Origin: a virus
Taxonomy: Duplodnaviria; Heunggongvirae; Uroviricota; Caudoviricetes
DNA: 64,000 nt
Direction: 5' to 3' (one strand)
IMG/VR virus record: IMGVR_UViG_3300021255_001482
Location: 10,382-74,381 of that record
Position numbers and translations under genes: made by a program. Of this stretch, positions 28,856-37,305 are shown piece after piece. Within the stretch, counting starts at the first letter, position 1, and the number at the start of each line of letters is the position of its first letter. Under the pieces are notes generated by a model, which saw nothing but the letters and a program-made list of their open reading frames with translations, was not told where the DNA came from and searched no databases.

Positions 28856-28927
28856 GGGCTTATAGTATAGCGGCTAGTACATATGCTTTGCACGCATAAA
28901 ACTGGGGTTCGATTCCCCATAGGTCCA
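28856..28927 (+). tRNA. tRNA-Ala (TGC).
   Basis: Acceptor GGGCTTA/TAGGTCC (two G-U pairs), anticodon arm TATGC-TTTGCAC-GCATA, T-arm TGGGG-TTCGATT-CCCCA, CCA encoded. Confidence 0.55.
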
Positions 28928-29015
28928 CCAAGATGGAAGGTCGCCCCTTCCAAGGCTATAGTTCCTAACCTTGGTTTCTAAAACTTGCGAGGATAGAGAC
29001 CGAAAGAACTAATAT

Positions 29016-29089
29016 GTTCCACTAGCACAATTGGCTAATGCATCTGACTCTTAATCAGGGGAGTCTGGGTTCGAATCCCAGGTGGAGCA
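29016..29089 (+). tRNA. tRNA-Lys (CTT).
   Basis: Acceptor GTTCCAC/GTGGAGC, anticodon arm TCTGA-CTCTTAA-TCAGG, T-arm CTGGG-TTCGAAT-CCCAG, CCA encoded. Confidence 0.55.
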
Positions 29090-29194
29090 CCAGACGGTAC
29101 GAAAGCACGGCACCAAACCCAAAGCAGCGTCATGAACTGTACAGTGCCTTGTGTGTTTCCTATTTCCACAAGTAAAGCTAATAAAAATAGGTCG

Positions 29195-29271
29195 CGTGTT
29201 CGATTTATCTAACGGAGAGGATACGTGACTACGAACACGGCATAGGGGTTCGAATCCTCTATCGCATGCCA
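29195..29271 (+). ncRNA. tRNA 3'-half-like element (8-bp hairpin + T-arm + acceptor-3' + CCA) with no matching 5' half.
   Basis: Stem CGTGTTCG/CGAACACG, then AGGGG-TTCGAAT-CCTCT, ATCGCAT, G, CCA. No complementary acceptor 5' strand was found. Confidence 0.3.
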
Positions 29272-29278
29272 TTAATAT

Positions 29279-29368
29279 GCGGGAGTAAGCCTAATTGGTA
29301 AGGCAGTAGTTTGGAGAACTACCAGTAATCGAGTAATCGGTGTTAGAGTTCAAGTCTCTACTCTCGCG
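29279..29368 (+). tRNA. tRNA-Ser (GGA), type II.
   Basis: Acceptor GCGGGAG/CTCTCGC, anticodon arm GTAGT-TTGGAGA-ACTAC, 21-nt variable arm, T-arm TAGAG-TTCAAGT-CTCTA, CCA encoded. Confidence 0.6.
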
Positions 29369-29373
29369 CCACA

Positions 29374-29494
29374 TAGTCGCTCACAGCAATTGTTCTTTAT
29401 AGAACAAATGGGTTCGAATCCCATAGTATGCACAGCATATTTCGCCAAATGGTAAGGCAAACGTCTAATAAACGTTATTCTATTAAAGCGACTA
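29374..29494 (+). ncRNA. Y-RNA-like / permuted-tRNA-like module E3.
   Basis: Outer stem TAGTCGCT/AGCGACTA with box CACAGCAATT. Inside: T-arm ATGGG-TTCGAAT-CCCAT, acceptor-3' AGTATGC, A, CAG, acceptor-5' GCATATT, D-arm GCC-AAATGGTAA-GGC, then an anticodon-arm-like AACGT-CTAATAA-ACGTT. Confidence 0.45.
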
Positions 29495-29500
29495 GTATTT

Positions 29501-29572
29501 GCCCTGATAGGCTAATGGATAGACCTTCGCGCTACGGACGCGACAGTGGGGGTTCGAATCCCTCTCGGGGTG
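29501..29572 (+). tRNA. tRNA-Arg (ACG).
   Basis: Acceptor GCCCTGA/TCGGGGT, anticodon arm TCGCG-CTACGGA-CGCGA, T-arm GGGGG-TTCGAAT-CCCTC, CCA encoded. Confidence 0.6.
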
Positions 29573-29580
29573 CCATTTAT

Positions 29581-29665
29581 GGGAGATTAAAGTGATAAAG
29601 TAGACACGCAGGTCTGTAAAACCTGTCCTTTCGAGGTCGAGTGGGTGCGATTCCCTCATCTCCCA
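29581..29665 (+). tRNA. tRNA-Tyr (GTA), type II.
   Basis: Acceptor GGGAGAT/ATCTCCC, anticodon arm CAGGT-CTGTAAA-ACCTG, long variable arm. Length 85. The T-stem is imperfect by eye. CCA is encoded. Confidence 0.5.
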
Positions 29666-29672
29666 CCATAAC

Positions 29673-29736
29673 TAGACACGCACAGCAATTACTTCTACTA
29701 TTAGCGCCATTCATGCTAGAATTAGAATGTGTCTAG
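29673..29736 (+). ncRNA. Hairpin module E4 with the conserved box.
   Basis: CTAGACAC plus GCACAGCAATT, with 3' arm GTGTCTAG. It sits between tRNA-Tyr and tRNA-Trp. Confidence 0.4.
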
Positions 29737-29740
29737 ATTT

Positions 29741-29811
29741 AGGAGCTTAGTGTAATGGTAGCATACCGGTCTCCAACACCGTTGGTGAGGGTTCAAATCC
29801 TTCAACTCCTG
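29741..29811 (+). tRNA. tRNA-Trp (CCA).
   Basis: Acceptor AGGAGCT/AACTCCT (one C-A mismatch), D stem GTGT/ATAC, anticodon loop CTCCAAC, T-arm GAGGG-TTCAAAT-CCTTC, CCA encoded. Confidence 0.5.
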
Positions 29812-29815
29812 CCAT

Positions 29816-29886
29816 GCCAAATTAGTTTAATGGTAAAACAGAAGTTTCGTAAACTTCCATTATTAGTTCGATTCTAATATTTGGCT
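29816..29886 (+). tRNA. tRNA-Thr (CGT).
   Basis: Acceptor GCCAAAT/ATTTGGC, D stem GTTT/AAAC, anticodon arm GAAGT-TTCGTAA-ACTTC, T-arm ATTAG-TTCGATT-CTAAT, CCA encoded. Confidence 0.6.
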
Positions 29887-29890
29887 CCAT

Positions 29891-29919
29891 TTGACTTTTA
29901 GTATAATTTCTGTTATAAT
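29891..29919 (+). promoter_or_regulatory. Conserved promoter driving a 320-nt ncRNA + tRNA-Ile.
   Basis: TTGACTTTTAGTATAATTTCTGTTATAATTATTATG. Confidence 0.55.
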
Positions 29920-30241
29920 TATTATGTAAGGTTGAGATAGGAAATAATAACAGCTGATAAAATTCCATTCTTTATGCGGAAAGTGGGGCCGCAAACCTTA
30001 CATCAATTCCCGCTGGGTACGAGTAACAGCGTCGTAGAAACATAAGCCGGTGCATCGACTTATGTAGGTATGTACGTGAACCATACCAAATAAACCGAGT
30101 GTCTAGGGACGAACTACACATCCTTAGCCGAAACGCACAAAAACTTGCGCCAAGTGTAGTGGTAGCTATTGGGGACTGGATAGAAACCAATAGGAAGAAG
30201 CAAGTTGCTGGTTTTACATCCCTGCGGTTTACCAGCTATTT
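29920..30241 (+). ncRNA. Roughly 320-nt promoter-driven ORF-free structured RNA upstream of tRNA-Ile (unclassified).
   Basis: It starts about 25 nt after the promoter at 29891-29919. No ORF of 60 aa or more is present. GC-richer helices (GCGGAAAGTGGGGCCGC, ATAAGCCGGTG) are present. Confidence 0.35.
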
Positions 30242-30315
30242 CGAGCAGTAGCACAGTTGGTTAGTGCAATCGGCTGATAACCGATAGATCATAGGTTCAA
30301 GTCCTATCTGCTCGA
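30242..30315 (+). tRNA. tRNA-Ile (GAT).
   Basis: Acceptor CGAGCAG/CTGCTCG, D stem GCAC/GTGC, anticodon arm ATCGG-CTGATAA-CCGAT, T-arm ATAGG-TTCAAGT-CCTAT, CCA encoded. Confidence 0.65.
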
Positions 30316-30318
30316 CCA

Positions 30319-30746
30319 ATAAGGTTCACCCTGTAATCCTCCTTAATCGCGAAAGGGAAAAGGGCCTGTTGCAGCTAATAGTATGAGAATAGTAGAGCTT
30401 GTACTATGTATTTGCAGTATGTAAATGCCGGGAGTTCTCTTGCCCCGTTAAGGTAGTCCGGAATACACACAAGATTCGCTCGGTAACTAGATTTATCGTT
30501 ATTAACGAGTCTAGCGGAAGTCGTCCTCGTTAGTGGTGGCCACGAATCCGTGCGTGAATAATAGGCGGTGAGGTCTCAGATGGAGAGTATCTACCAATAA
30601 GAGCAAATGATACACAAATATTTCTTGGAGTATACACAACGCGAGTGTTAACTCCTTTACAATGTTCCTCGCGGTGAAATCAAATGGAGGCTCGGATGGA
30701 TTGAGGCCCGGAAGATGCCAATAGGAGAAGAAACCGCGAGATTTAT
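30319..30746 (+). ncRNA. Roughly 430-nt ORF-free structured region between tRNA-Ile(GAT) and the interrupted tRNA-Ile(TAT).
   Basis: There is no ORF on either strand. Many local helices are visible. Function unknown. Confidence 0.3.
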
Positions 30747-30894
30747 CGGGAACTAGCTCAGTAGGTCAGAGCAGCGGCCTTCACGAAGTACAATCAAGTA
30801 GATGGTCTGACACCACTCAGGCGGGTGATGGGTTCAAGTCCCTCCTTCGTGACCAATAAGCCGTGTGTCCTGGGTTCGAGTCCCAGGTTCCCGA
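30747..30894 (+). tRNA. Interrupted tRNA. Removing a 74-nt tRNA-like insert (30782-30855) from the anticodon loop gives tRNA-Ile (anticodon TAT, loop CTTATAA).
   Basis: Acceptor CGGGAAC/GTTCCCG, D-arm GCTC-AGTAGGTCA-GAGC, anticodon stem GCGGC/GCCGT, T-arm CTGGG-TTCGAGT-CCCAG, A73, CCA. The insert is itself tRNA-like (CACGAAG...CTTCGTG-A-CCA with a TTCAAGT loop). Confidence 0.5.
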
Positions 30895-30923
30895 CCAACT
30901 ATTTGTTAAGGAGAACATAATAA

Positions 30924-31070
30924 ATGACACTTAAAGACTTTTATAATTGGATGCGTATGAATAATTTTGAAAACTTTAATCTTTTAATAAAAGATGATGA
31001 TAGTGTTTGGGATATTGATGAATGTATGATCAATATTAATTTAAAAAATAAAGAAATTATTATTAGTTAA
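30924..31070 (+). CDS. Small hypothetical protein (48 aa).
   Basis: It has a TAAGGAGAACATAATAA RBS. Confidence 0.3.
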   Translation: MTLKDFYNWMRMNNFENFNLLIKDDDSVWDIDECMININLKNKEIIIS

Positions 31071-31079
31071 AGGATAAAA

Positions 31080-31238
31080 ATGAATAAGTATAAATTTGGT
31101 CGTCTTACTTTTGGAACTATTCTTATAGTAGTAATGTTTAGTAATGGTTTTAAAATTAATACTTGGCAATTTTGGGTAGTTTATATTTCTGCTTGGATGA
31201 TGGCTTTTATGACTTTTTTGGAGGATTTTAGTGGATGA
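31080..31238 (+). CDS. Small membrane protein (52 aa).
   Basis: It has an AAGGATAAAA RBS and a hydrophobic core. Confidence 0.3.
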   Translation: MNKYKFGRLTFGTILIVVMFSNGFKINTWQFWVVYISAWMMAFMTFLEDFSG

Positions 31239-31382
31239 TGAAACTCTTTTATGCTTTTATCGCAGCCTTGAATCTTTTTTATTTTTATACTTTTCAAGAT
31301 AATGCTATATGGATGCGTGGTCTTAGTTTAGCATGTTGCCTTTTAATGAGCTTGTGTACAATAGTTGAAGCAACAAAATAAT
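31235..31382 (+). CDS. Small membrane protein (48 aa).
   Basis: It shows ATGA stop-start coupling and is hydrophobic. Confidence 0.3.
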
Positions 31383-31520
31383 GCGTCATTGCCAAATTAA
31401 TAAATAAAGTATTCGCGCTAGTGGGAGAATGGTTATCCGGAAGTCTGCAAAACTTCACAAGCCAGTTCAATTCTGGCCTAGCGCTCCACAACAATATAAA
31501 AGGAGTAAAAGGAGAAAAGT

Positions 31521-32495
31521 ATGTTTGGTCTAATTTTAGCTATTGTTGTTATTATTGCTGGTTTTATCGTAGCAAATGTAATGTTTCCAGATGTAACAAA
31601 GCGTAATGGTGACACGAAAAGTAGGAGTTCAATTCGCACAATTATTCGTGCCGTTGCCTTCATTATTGCCGCAGGATTAATTATTCTGTCTTGTATTTCT
31701 TATGTACCAACTGGTTATACTGGAATTGTAACAACTTTTGGTAAGGTACACGAGCACACGCTTGACGCAGGTATTAATTTCCATGCGCCTTGGGACAATG
31801 TAATTACTATGGATAATCGTGAACAGCGCGCAACTTTCCAACTAGAAGCATTTTCAAAGGATATTCAGCAAGTAGATATTCAAGGCTCTATCAACTATAA
31901 TATTGATAAACTAACCGCTATGAATCTATATAAGGACGTAGGCACTGGATATGTCAATATTCTAATTGGCCCTCGTATTCAGGAAGATGTAAAGATTGTT
32001 GTTGCTCGTTATACTGCTGAAAATCTAATTGCTAGTCGTCAAGAAGCAGCTAATGCTATTGAGACTCTTATTCGTGATGAATTAACTTCAAAGGGTATTA
32101 ATGTAATTTCTCTTGCAGTAGAAAATATTGACTTTACTGATGCTTTTGAATCTGCCGTTGAAGCAAAGCAAGTTGCTACGCAAGAAAAGCAGCGTGCCCA
32201 GACCCAGCAAGAACAGGCAACAATGGAGGCAGAGCAGGCCGCAAAGCGCAAGAAGATTGAAGCAGAAGCAGCGGCCGAAGTGGCAAAGGTGCAAGCAGAC
32301 GCCGATGCATATTCTACACAGGTAAAGGCGGCCGCGGAAGCAGAAGCTAATGAAAAAATTAATAAGTCTCTAACTGAAGAACTTGTAAATTATCGTCAAA
32401 TCCAGCGCTGGAATGGAGAACTCCCTCAATTTGTTGGCGGCGGTTCCACTATTCCTATCTTAAACATGGATAAAACTACCGAAACTACAGATTAA
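31521..32495 (+). CDS. SPFH/band-7 (prohibitin/HflK-like) membrane protein.
   Basis: It has an N-terminal TM, then the SPFH core (YVPTGYTGIVTTFGKV...), then an Ala/Glu/Gln-rich coiled-coil. A terminator follows at 32511-32534. Confidence 0.6.
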   Translation: MFGLILAIVVIIAGFIVANVMFPDVTKRNGDTKSRSSIRTIIRAVAFIIAAGLIILSCISYVPTGYTGIVTTFGKVHEHTLDAGINFHAPWDNVITMDNREQRATFQLEAFSKDIQQVDIQGSINYNIDKLTAMNLYKDVGTGYVNILIGPRIQEDVKIVVARYTAENLIASRQEAANAIETLIRDELTSKGINVISLAVENIDFTDAFESAVEAKQVATQEKQRAQTQQEQATMEAEQAAKRKKIEAEAAAEVAKVQADADAYSTQVKAAAEAEANEKINKSLTEELVNYRQIQRWNGELPQFVGGGSTIPILNMDKTTETTD

Positions 32496-32510
32496 TATAA
32501 ATACTTATAA

Positions 32511-32534
32511 CGCACGGGAAACCGTGCGTTTTTT
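32511..32534 (+). terminator. Rho-independent terminator.
   Basis: CGCACGGGAAACCGTGCG followed by TTTTTTCT. Confidence 0.6.
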
Positions 32535-32538
32535 CTAT

Positions 32539-32568
32539 TTGACTTCTAGTAGAAATTATAGTATAATT
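32539..32568 (+). promoter_or_regulatory. Conserved promoter family member.
   Basis: TTGACTTCTAGTAGAAATTATAGTATAATTATT, with an 18-nt spacer. Confidence 0.5.
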
Positions 32569-32599
32569 ATTTTAGAAAGAGAAAAGGAGAGCAAAATAT

Positions 32600-32782
32600 A
32601 TGTCTATTGTTTACAGTGTTATTAGCCCTTTGAAGAACGTTGTTGAAACTCGTGTAAATATTACTAATTTTGAAGAACGAGAACATGGAATTTATTTCAT
32701 TTGGGAAGGTAGCCAGTGTTTTGTAAACTGGAATGTATTGGGCACTTATTCTCTTGTGGAGGAAGATGAAAATGACACTTGA
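32600..32782 (+). CDS. Small hypothetical protein.
   Basis: It follows the promoter at 32539-32568 and a GAAAAGGAGAGCAAAA RBS. Confidence 0.4.
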   Translation: MSIVYSVISPLKNVVETRVNITNFEEREHGIYFIWEGSQCFVNWNVLGTYSLVEEDENDT

Positions 32783-33233
32783 TGGATGCAGAGTGGAAAC
32801 TCAAAAACACATAGAAAAGGTGCGTAAGTATATCCGCTTTTTTACTGATAGATTAACTACTCGTGGTGTAGAGCATGATGCCGCAAAACTAGAATCTCCA
32901 GAAGTGGAACTATTTGCTGAGCATACAGAACAACTTGCCACATTAGAATATGGTTCACAAGAATACAAGCAAGCATTAGAAGCTCTAAAGCCAGCTTTAG
33001 AGCATCATTATGCTACTTATCGCCATCATCCAGAACATTTCCCTAATGGCATTAATGACATGAACTTAATTGATTTAGTAGAGTTAATGGCTGACTGGAA
33101 GGCTTCTAGTGAGCGCCATAATAATGGAAATCTTTTGAAAAGCATAGAAATTAATGCCAAACGATTTGGTATTAGTAATCAATTGACACAAATATTACTA
33201 AATACAGCAAAAATTATGGAAGAAAATGAATAA
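32766..33233 (+). CDS. HD-superfamily-like putative phosphohydrolase.
   Basis: It has the motifs VEHDAAKLESPE, HHYATYRHHPEHF and LVELMADW. A GGAGGAAG RBS is present. Confidence 0.4.
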   Translation: MKMTLDGCRVETQKHIEKVRKYIRFFTDRLTTRGVEHDAAKLESPEVELFAEHTEQLATLEYGSQEYKQALEALKPALEHHYATYRHHPEHFPNGINDMNLIDLVELMADWKASSERHNNGNLLKSIEINAKRFGISNQLTQILLNTAKIMEENE

Positions 33234-33367
33234 TAAACAACAATTAACACATGATTTTATAAAATTTGTGATGGAAAATTATGGAATACGATTAACTATG
33301 ACTGAATCAGATGCAGAAACATTTGAAACTTTATTTCCTGATTTAGTTGAAATATTGGAGAAAGAAA

Positions 33368-33757
33368 ATGATACAGGCATATGAAACATTAAAGAAAAAT
33401 ACTACAGTTGGTTATAAATTAAATAATGACAAATATTATAGGCGCGGAAGAGCATTATCTGTAATTTTAACTGATAAGGGTATAGATGTAAGCGTTGAAG
33501 ATATAGATACACATTATATGTATACTGTGCCATATAATGAATTAATGATTATCAAACCATTAGACGACTTTGATCGTGAATGCCTGATACCTATTAAAGA
33601 ATTTATAGAAGAAGTTGGGACTGGGTGCATAACTGGCTATGATGGCAGCGGTAATTATAGCGATGGAGAATATCGTTATGGCGGAGTAGACTTTCATCCT
33701 GGATTTCTTAAAAATGCCGCTAAAAAATATAAGTATGTGTGTTGGTATAATAAATGA
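33368..33757 (+). CDS. Hypothetical protein.
   Basis: It has a TTGGAGAAAGAAA RBS. The track ORF starts earlier at 33347. Confidence 0.4.
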   Translation: MIQAYETLKKNTTVGYKLNNDKYYRRGRALSVILTDKGIDVSVEDIDTHYMYTVPYNELMIIKPLDDFDRECLIPIKEFIEEVGTGCITGYDGSGNYSDGEYRYGGVDFHPGFLKNAAKKYKYVCWYNK

Positions 33758-33948
33758 AATTTATCTATGATGATAATCTATATGACGCGATGAAAGACGT
33801 ATATGATTATGCTTATCGCGTTTTCTTTGGAAAGGCTCCAATAGATGTTATTTATCGTATGAACCGTGGCTGTAAAGGCGCGGAGCAAAAAGTCCTACAA
33901 TACATTTGGGATACCTATATTGAACCGAAAGGAGAAGAAAATGAGTAA
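33754..33948 (+). CDS. Small hypothetical protein.
   Basis: It shows ATGA coupling. Confidence 0.4.
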   Translation: MKFIYDDNLYDAMKDVYDYAYRVFFGKAPIDVIYRMNRGCKGAEQKVLQYIWDTYIEPKGEENE

Positions 33949-34531
33949 TATTTACTTTACAAGCGACACTCATTTTTCACATAATCGTGGCTTTCTTTAT
34001 GAGCCACGAGGGTTTTCTTCTATTGAAGAACATGATGAAACTATTATAGAAAATTGGAATAAAGTGGTAAAACCAGAGGATGTAATTTATCTTCTTGGCG
34101 ATGCTATGCTAAATGATAATGATAAGGGCATCCAATGTTTAAACAAGCTTAATGGCCGAATCTTATTTATTCGCGGTAATCATGATAGCAATGAGCGCAT
34201 TTATCGTATTTACCATGAATGCCCAAATATTCTTTTTGTAGAGAATGGCTCAGAAAATTTCTGTACAGTTGCCGCAGTTAAAAAGTTCAATGGTTATAAT
34301 GTATACTTATCGCATTATCCAACTTACACCAGTTATATTGAGAATATGGCACCGTTAAAGAAGCATATGTTGAACTTCCATGGCCATACTCACTCAAAAG
34401 ATAAGTTTTATCAAGACATTCCTTTTATGTATAATGTAGCACTTGACGCACATAACAATGCACCAGTGTCCTTTGATGAAATTATTTCAGATATTGAAGC
34501 AAAAGCAAATGAATGTATTGCTATGCTATAA
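33941..34531 (+). CDS. Calcineurin-like metallophosphoesterase.
   Basis: It has the motifs IYFTSDTHFSH, LLGDAM.ND, RGNHD and HGHTH. The RBS is AAAGGAGAAGAAA. Confidence 0.65.
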   Translation: MSNIYFTSDTHFSHNRGFLYEPRGFSSIEEHDETIIENWNKVVKPEDVIYLLGDAMLNDNDKGIQCLNKLNGRILFIRGNHDSNERIYRIYHECPNILFVENGSENFCTVAAVKKFNGYNVYLSHYPTYTSYIENMAPLKKHMLNFHGHTHSKDKFYQDIPFMYNVALDAHNNAPVSFDEIISDIEAKANECIAML

Positions 34532-34540
34532 GGAGATAAT

Positions 34541-34720
34541 ATGTTTAATTTTGAACCATTCAGCGATACGAAAGAAAAAATTAAAAATTTAACTCAAGAT
34601 TTTATTTATCTAAGGCAAGATTTTATTGAATTACAGAAACATTTTCTTCACTCCTTATCCATGACACAACGATTAGAAAAGAAGCGTAAACGCCAACGAT
34701 GGAAATTTTATCATAAATAA
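34541..34720 (+). CDS. Small basic protein (59 aa).
   Basis: It has a TAAGGAGATAAT RBS. Confidence 0.35.
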   Translation: MFNFEPFSDTKEKIKNLTQDFIYLRQDFIELQKHFLHSLSMTQRLEKKRKRQRWKFYHK

Positions 34721-34721
34721 T

Positions 34722-34750
34722 TTGACTCTCTACTAAAATTATGATATAAT
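34722..34750 (+). promoter_or_regulatory. Conserved promoter family member.
   Basis: TTGACTCTCTACTAAAATTATGATATAATTATTACAG. Confidence 0.55.
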
Positions 34751-34775
34751 TATTACAGAAAGTGAGGGAATAAGA

Positions 34776-35180
34776 TTGGAAAAGAATTGGTTTATTTATG
34801 CTTATCCTGATATGTATGGCGGACTTCATGGTATGTATAACTATGAAGTAGCAAGCGATATATCTTACGATGAAGCATGTGATTGGGGTCATGAGCTCGC
34901 TTATGAAACCGTAGAATCTTATTTGCGTGCAGATGAAATTTATTCTACTGATGATTTTATGGATGAGTTTTATGATGGAGCCGAATGGGATGACCGCTAT
35001 GAGGATGAATATTGGGATGCTTATGAAGAAGTTATGCAAGACCAATGTGCTTTTGAAATTTGGCCTTTCAAAGATGGAGTAACCATTGCCGATTATGAGA
35101 AGTGGCAAAAGGAAAATATGGAACCTCGCGATTTCATTGAGCGCTATTGCCGCCAACTCACAGAGGAGGATTATGTCTAA
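34776..35180 (+). CDS. Highly acidic Tyr/Trp-rich protein (TTG start).
   Basis: It follows the promoter at 34722-34750 and the RBS AGTGAGGGAATAAGA. The opposite-strand ORF 34623..35156 is judged spurious. Confidence 0.45.
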   Translation: MEKNWFIYAYPDMYGGLHGMYNYEVASDISYDEACDWGHELAYETVESYLRADEIYSTDDFMDEFYDGAEWDDRYEDEYWDAYEEVMQDQCAFEIWPFKDGVTIADYEKWQKENMEPRDFIERYCRQLTEEDYV

Positions 35181-35379
35181 TTTAGAGTCTCAGCTCAAAC
35201 AGGCAACAGATTGCATTAATTTACTTTTAAAAAGAATAGACGATTTAAATGATGATCTTTCTGAATCACAAAAATTAAATCGTTATTATGAAGATAGAAT
35301 AATGGAACTAGAAAAAGAAAAATCTGCTCTTTATTTACAATTAGAAGATTGGGAAAATTCCTACTATAAACTTATTTGA
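35176..35379 (+). CDS. Small coiled-coil protein.
   Basis: It shows ATGTCTAA overlap coupling. Start is ATG 35176. Confidence 0.4.
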   Translation, partial: SNLESQLKQATDCINLLLKRIDDLNDDLSESQKLNRYYEDRIMELEKEKSALYLQLEDWENSYYKLI

Positions 35380-35404
35380 CTTTTACTCAAAATTCTGTTA
35401 TAAT
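35376..35404 (+). promoter_or_regulatory. Conserved promoter upstream of the Ro60-like gene.
   Basis: TTGACTTTTACTCAAAATTCTGTTATAATAATATTG. Confidence 0.55.
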
Positions 35405-35470
35405 AATATTGTAAGAAAGAAACAAGCCCTAGTCTCAGGGCTGACCAAATGAAAAGGAGAAATAAAAATT

Positions 35471-37006
35471 ATGTCTATGAATCGTCTTTACAATGCTATG
35501 GCTTCTCAGAACACCTACAAGACCACTGAAAATGGTGCTGTTGCGCGCACCACGACCAGCTCTAAGCTATATGACCTATTCTCTTTCGGTGCGGCTTATC
35601 GTCAGCGTACCGAGAGTGATTGCGTGCTCCTATTTAAGGAGGCATATAAGGAAAGCCCTATGTATGCCCTAAAGTGCCTGTTCTATATCCGTGACATTCG
35701 CGGCGGACAGGGTGAACGTCGTTTTTTCCGCACTTGCCTGCATTGGCTTGCGGATTATGACCGCAACGCAGTACTACGCAATCTTGACCAGATTGCTGAG
35801 TATGGCCGCTGGGACGACCTATATGCTCTCGTAGGAACTTCCTGCGAGCATGAGGCTCTATATGCTCTTGGTAAGCAGCTTGCCCTTGACTACAAGACCA
35901 AGGGTGCTATTTCCCTTGCCGGTAAGTGGGCGGCTTCCGAGAACGCTTCTTCTGCCAAGACTAAGCGTTATGGACGTCTAACTGCCCACGCTATGGGTCT
36001 AACCTCTCGTCAGTACCGTGTACTGCTTTCTAACCTTCGTGAGCGTATTCGCGTGCTGGAGCGCCTTATGTCCGCAAATCGGTGGAATGAGATTGAATTT
36101 GACAAGATTCCTTCTCGTGCCGGCCTGATTTATAAGAATGCTTTTGCTCGTCGCGATCTAATCAAGGCGAAGTATGAAGCGTTTGCCAAGGATACCTCTA
36201 CCAAGGTTAACGCAGCCGCGCTATATCCTTATGATGTGGTTGCTAAGGCCATTAAGCTTATGGGTTCAAACTATAGCTGGTATGGCCGTGGCAGTAATGT
36301 CGCCCTTGACAACACCGATCGCCTGATGATTAACAAGTATTGGGAGAATCTAACTGATTATTTCCATGGCATGTCTCTGAATGCCCTTGTTGTCGCCGAT
36401 ACAAGTGGAAGTATGACGAGCGGTGCTGGTAGCGTTGCTCCTATTGATGTCGCAGTCTCTCTTGCTCTTTATGCCGCAGAGCGTAATAAGGGGCCTTTCG
36501 CGAACTCTTACATTAGCTTCAGCCGCACGGCGAAGTTTGTTGAGACTCGCGGCGTAGACTTCTGCGACAAGGTTGACCGCATCGTAAAGACGAACCTTTG
36601 CGAAAATACCAATCTACAGTCTGTATTTGACCTTGTGCTAAATACTGCTATTCGGAATTATCTGCGTCAGGAAGATATGCCTGAAACCATTGTCATTATC
36701 AGTGACATGGAAGTAGACGGTATGCAGGGATACTCCTCTTGGAGGGGCGATGCTCCTGGTATGAAGGGTGTTCAGACCTTTATGGATAAGATCCGTAATA
36801 CTTGGTCTTTTCATGGCTATAAGCTACCTAAGCTAGTTCTGTGGAACGTAAATGCCCGTAACAACACCGTGCTTGATGCTGGCCCTGACGTTTCTTGCGT
36901 GAGTGGCTGCTCTCCTGTCATTTTTGAAATGGTTATGTCTGGAAAGACTGGCTATGATCTAATGATGGACAAGCTTAACAGCTCTCGATACGCGGCCATC
37001 AAGTAA
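35471..37006 (+). CDS. Ro60/Rsr-like (TROVE-like helical N-domain + C-terminal vWA with MIDAS) protein. DUF2828-type.
   Basis: The N-terminal box TENGAVARTTTSSKLYDLFSFG...SPMYALKCLFYIRD aligns with the Ro60 N-terminal box (qDGyVwqvTdmnRLhRFLcFG...ePMLFALAIC). The MIDAS-like motif VVADTSGSM sits at about residue 310. It follows the promoter at 35376-35404. A terminator follows at 37023-37054. Confidence 0.5.
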   Translation: MSMNRLYNAMASQNTYKTTENGAVARTTTSSKLYDLFSFGAAYRQRTESDCVLLFKEAYKESPMYALKCLFYIRDIRGGQGERRFFRTCLHWLADYDRNAVLRNLDQIAEYGRWDDLYALVGTSCEHEALYALGKQLALDYKTKGAISLAGKWAASENASSAKTKRYGRLTAHAMGLTSRQYRVLLSNLRERIRVLERLMSANRWNEIEFDKIPSRAGLIYKNAFARRDLIKAKYEAFAKDTSTKVNAAALYPYDVVAKAIKLMGSNYSWYGRGSNVALDNTDRLMINKYWENLTDYFHGMSLNALVVADTSGSMTSGAGSVAPIDVAVSLALYAAERNKGPFANSYISFSRTAKFVETRGVDFCDKVDRIVKTNLCENTNLQSVFDLVLNTAIRNYLRQEDMPETIVIISDMEVDGMQGYSSWRGDAPGMKGVQTFMDKIRNTWSFHGYKLPKLVLWNVNARNNTVLDAGPDVSCVSGCSPVIFEMVMSGKTGYDLMMDKLNSSRYAAIK

Positions 37007-37022
37007 TTTTTCCCCTCCATAA

Positions 37023-37054
37023 AGAAGATGAATGAAAATTCATCTTCTTTTTTA
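37023..37054 (+). terminator. Rho-independent terminator.
   Basis: AGAAGATGAATGAAAATTCATCTTCT followed by TTTTTTATT. Confidence 0.6.
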
Positions 37055-37083
37055 TTGACTAAATATAGAAATTATAGTATAAT
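37055..37083 (+). promoter_or_regulatory. Conserved promoter family member.
   Basis: TTGACTAAATATAGAAATTATAGTATAATAATTACAG. Confidence 0.55.
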
Positions 37084-37105
37084 AATTACAGAAAGGGTGA
37101 GAGAA

Positions 37106-37303
37106 ATGAGAATTATAGTTGATAGTTTGCCAGAAGAGAAAAGTGAATGCTTCTTTTCTTATCATAGCTGTGAATATGGATGGCTATGTAAGCTTTATAG
37201 AAGTAAAGAACAAGACATTAGAAAGCGAAGAATGAATCCAGAAGTGCCAAAATGTGAAATTGAAAATTGCCCTTATTTGCGCGAAGAAAGTTGTTCGGAA
37301 TAA
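37106..37303 (+). CDS. Small Cys-rich protein.
   Basis: There is an AGGGTGAGAGAA RBS before ATG 37106, downstream of the promoter at 37055-37083. Confidence 0.4.
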   Translation: MRIIVDSLPEEKSECFFSYHSCEYGWLCKLYRSKEQDIRKRRMNPEVPKCEIENCPYLREESCSE

Positions 37304-37305
37304 AA

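Noticed and set aside
29920-30241. RNase P RNA hypothesis for the 320-nt structured region.
   Set aside because: A GGAAAGTGGGGCC string resembles the P4 5' strand, but the CCGGCTTA-like complement occurs in the wrong orientation. The element is too short and lacks the CR-II/III blocks.
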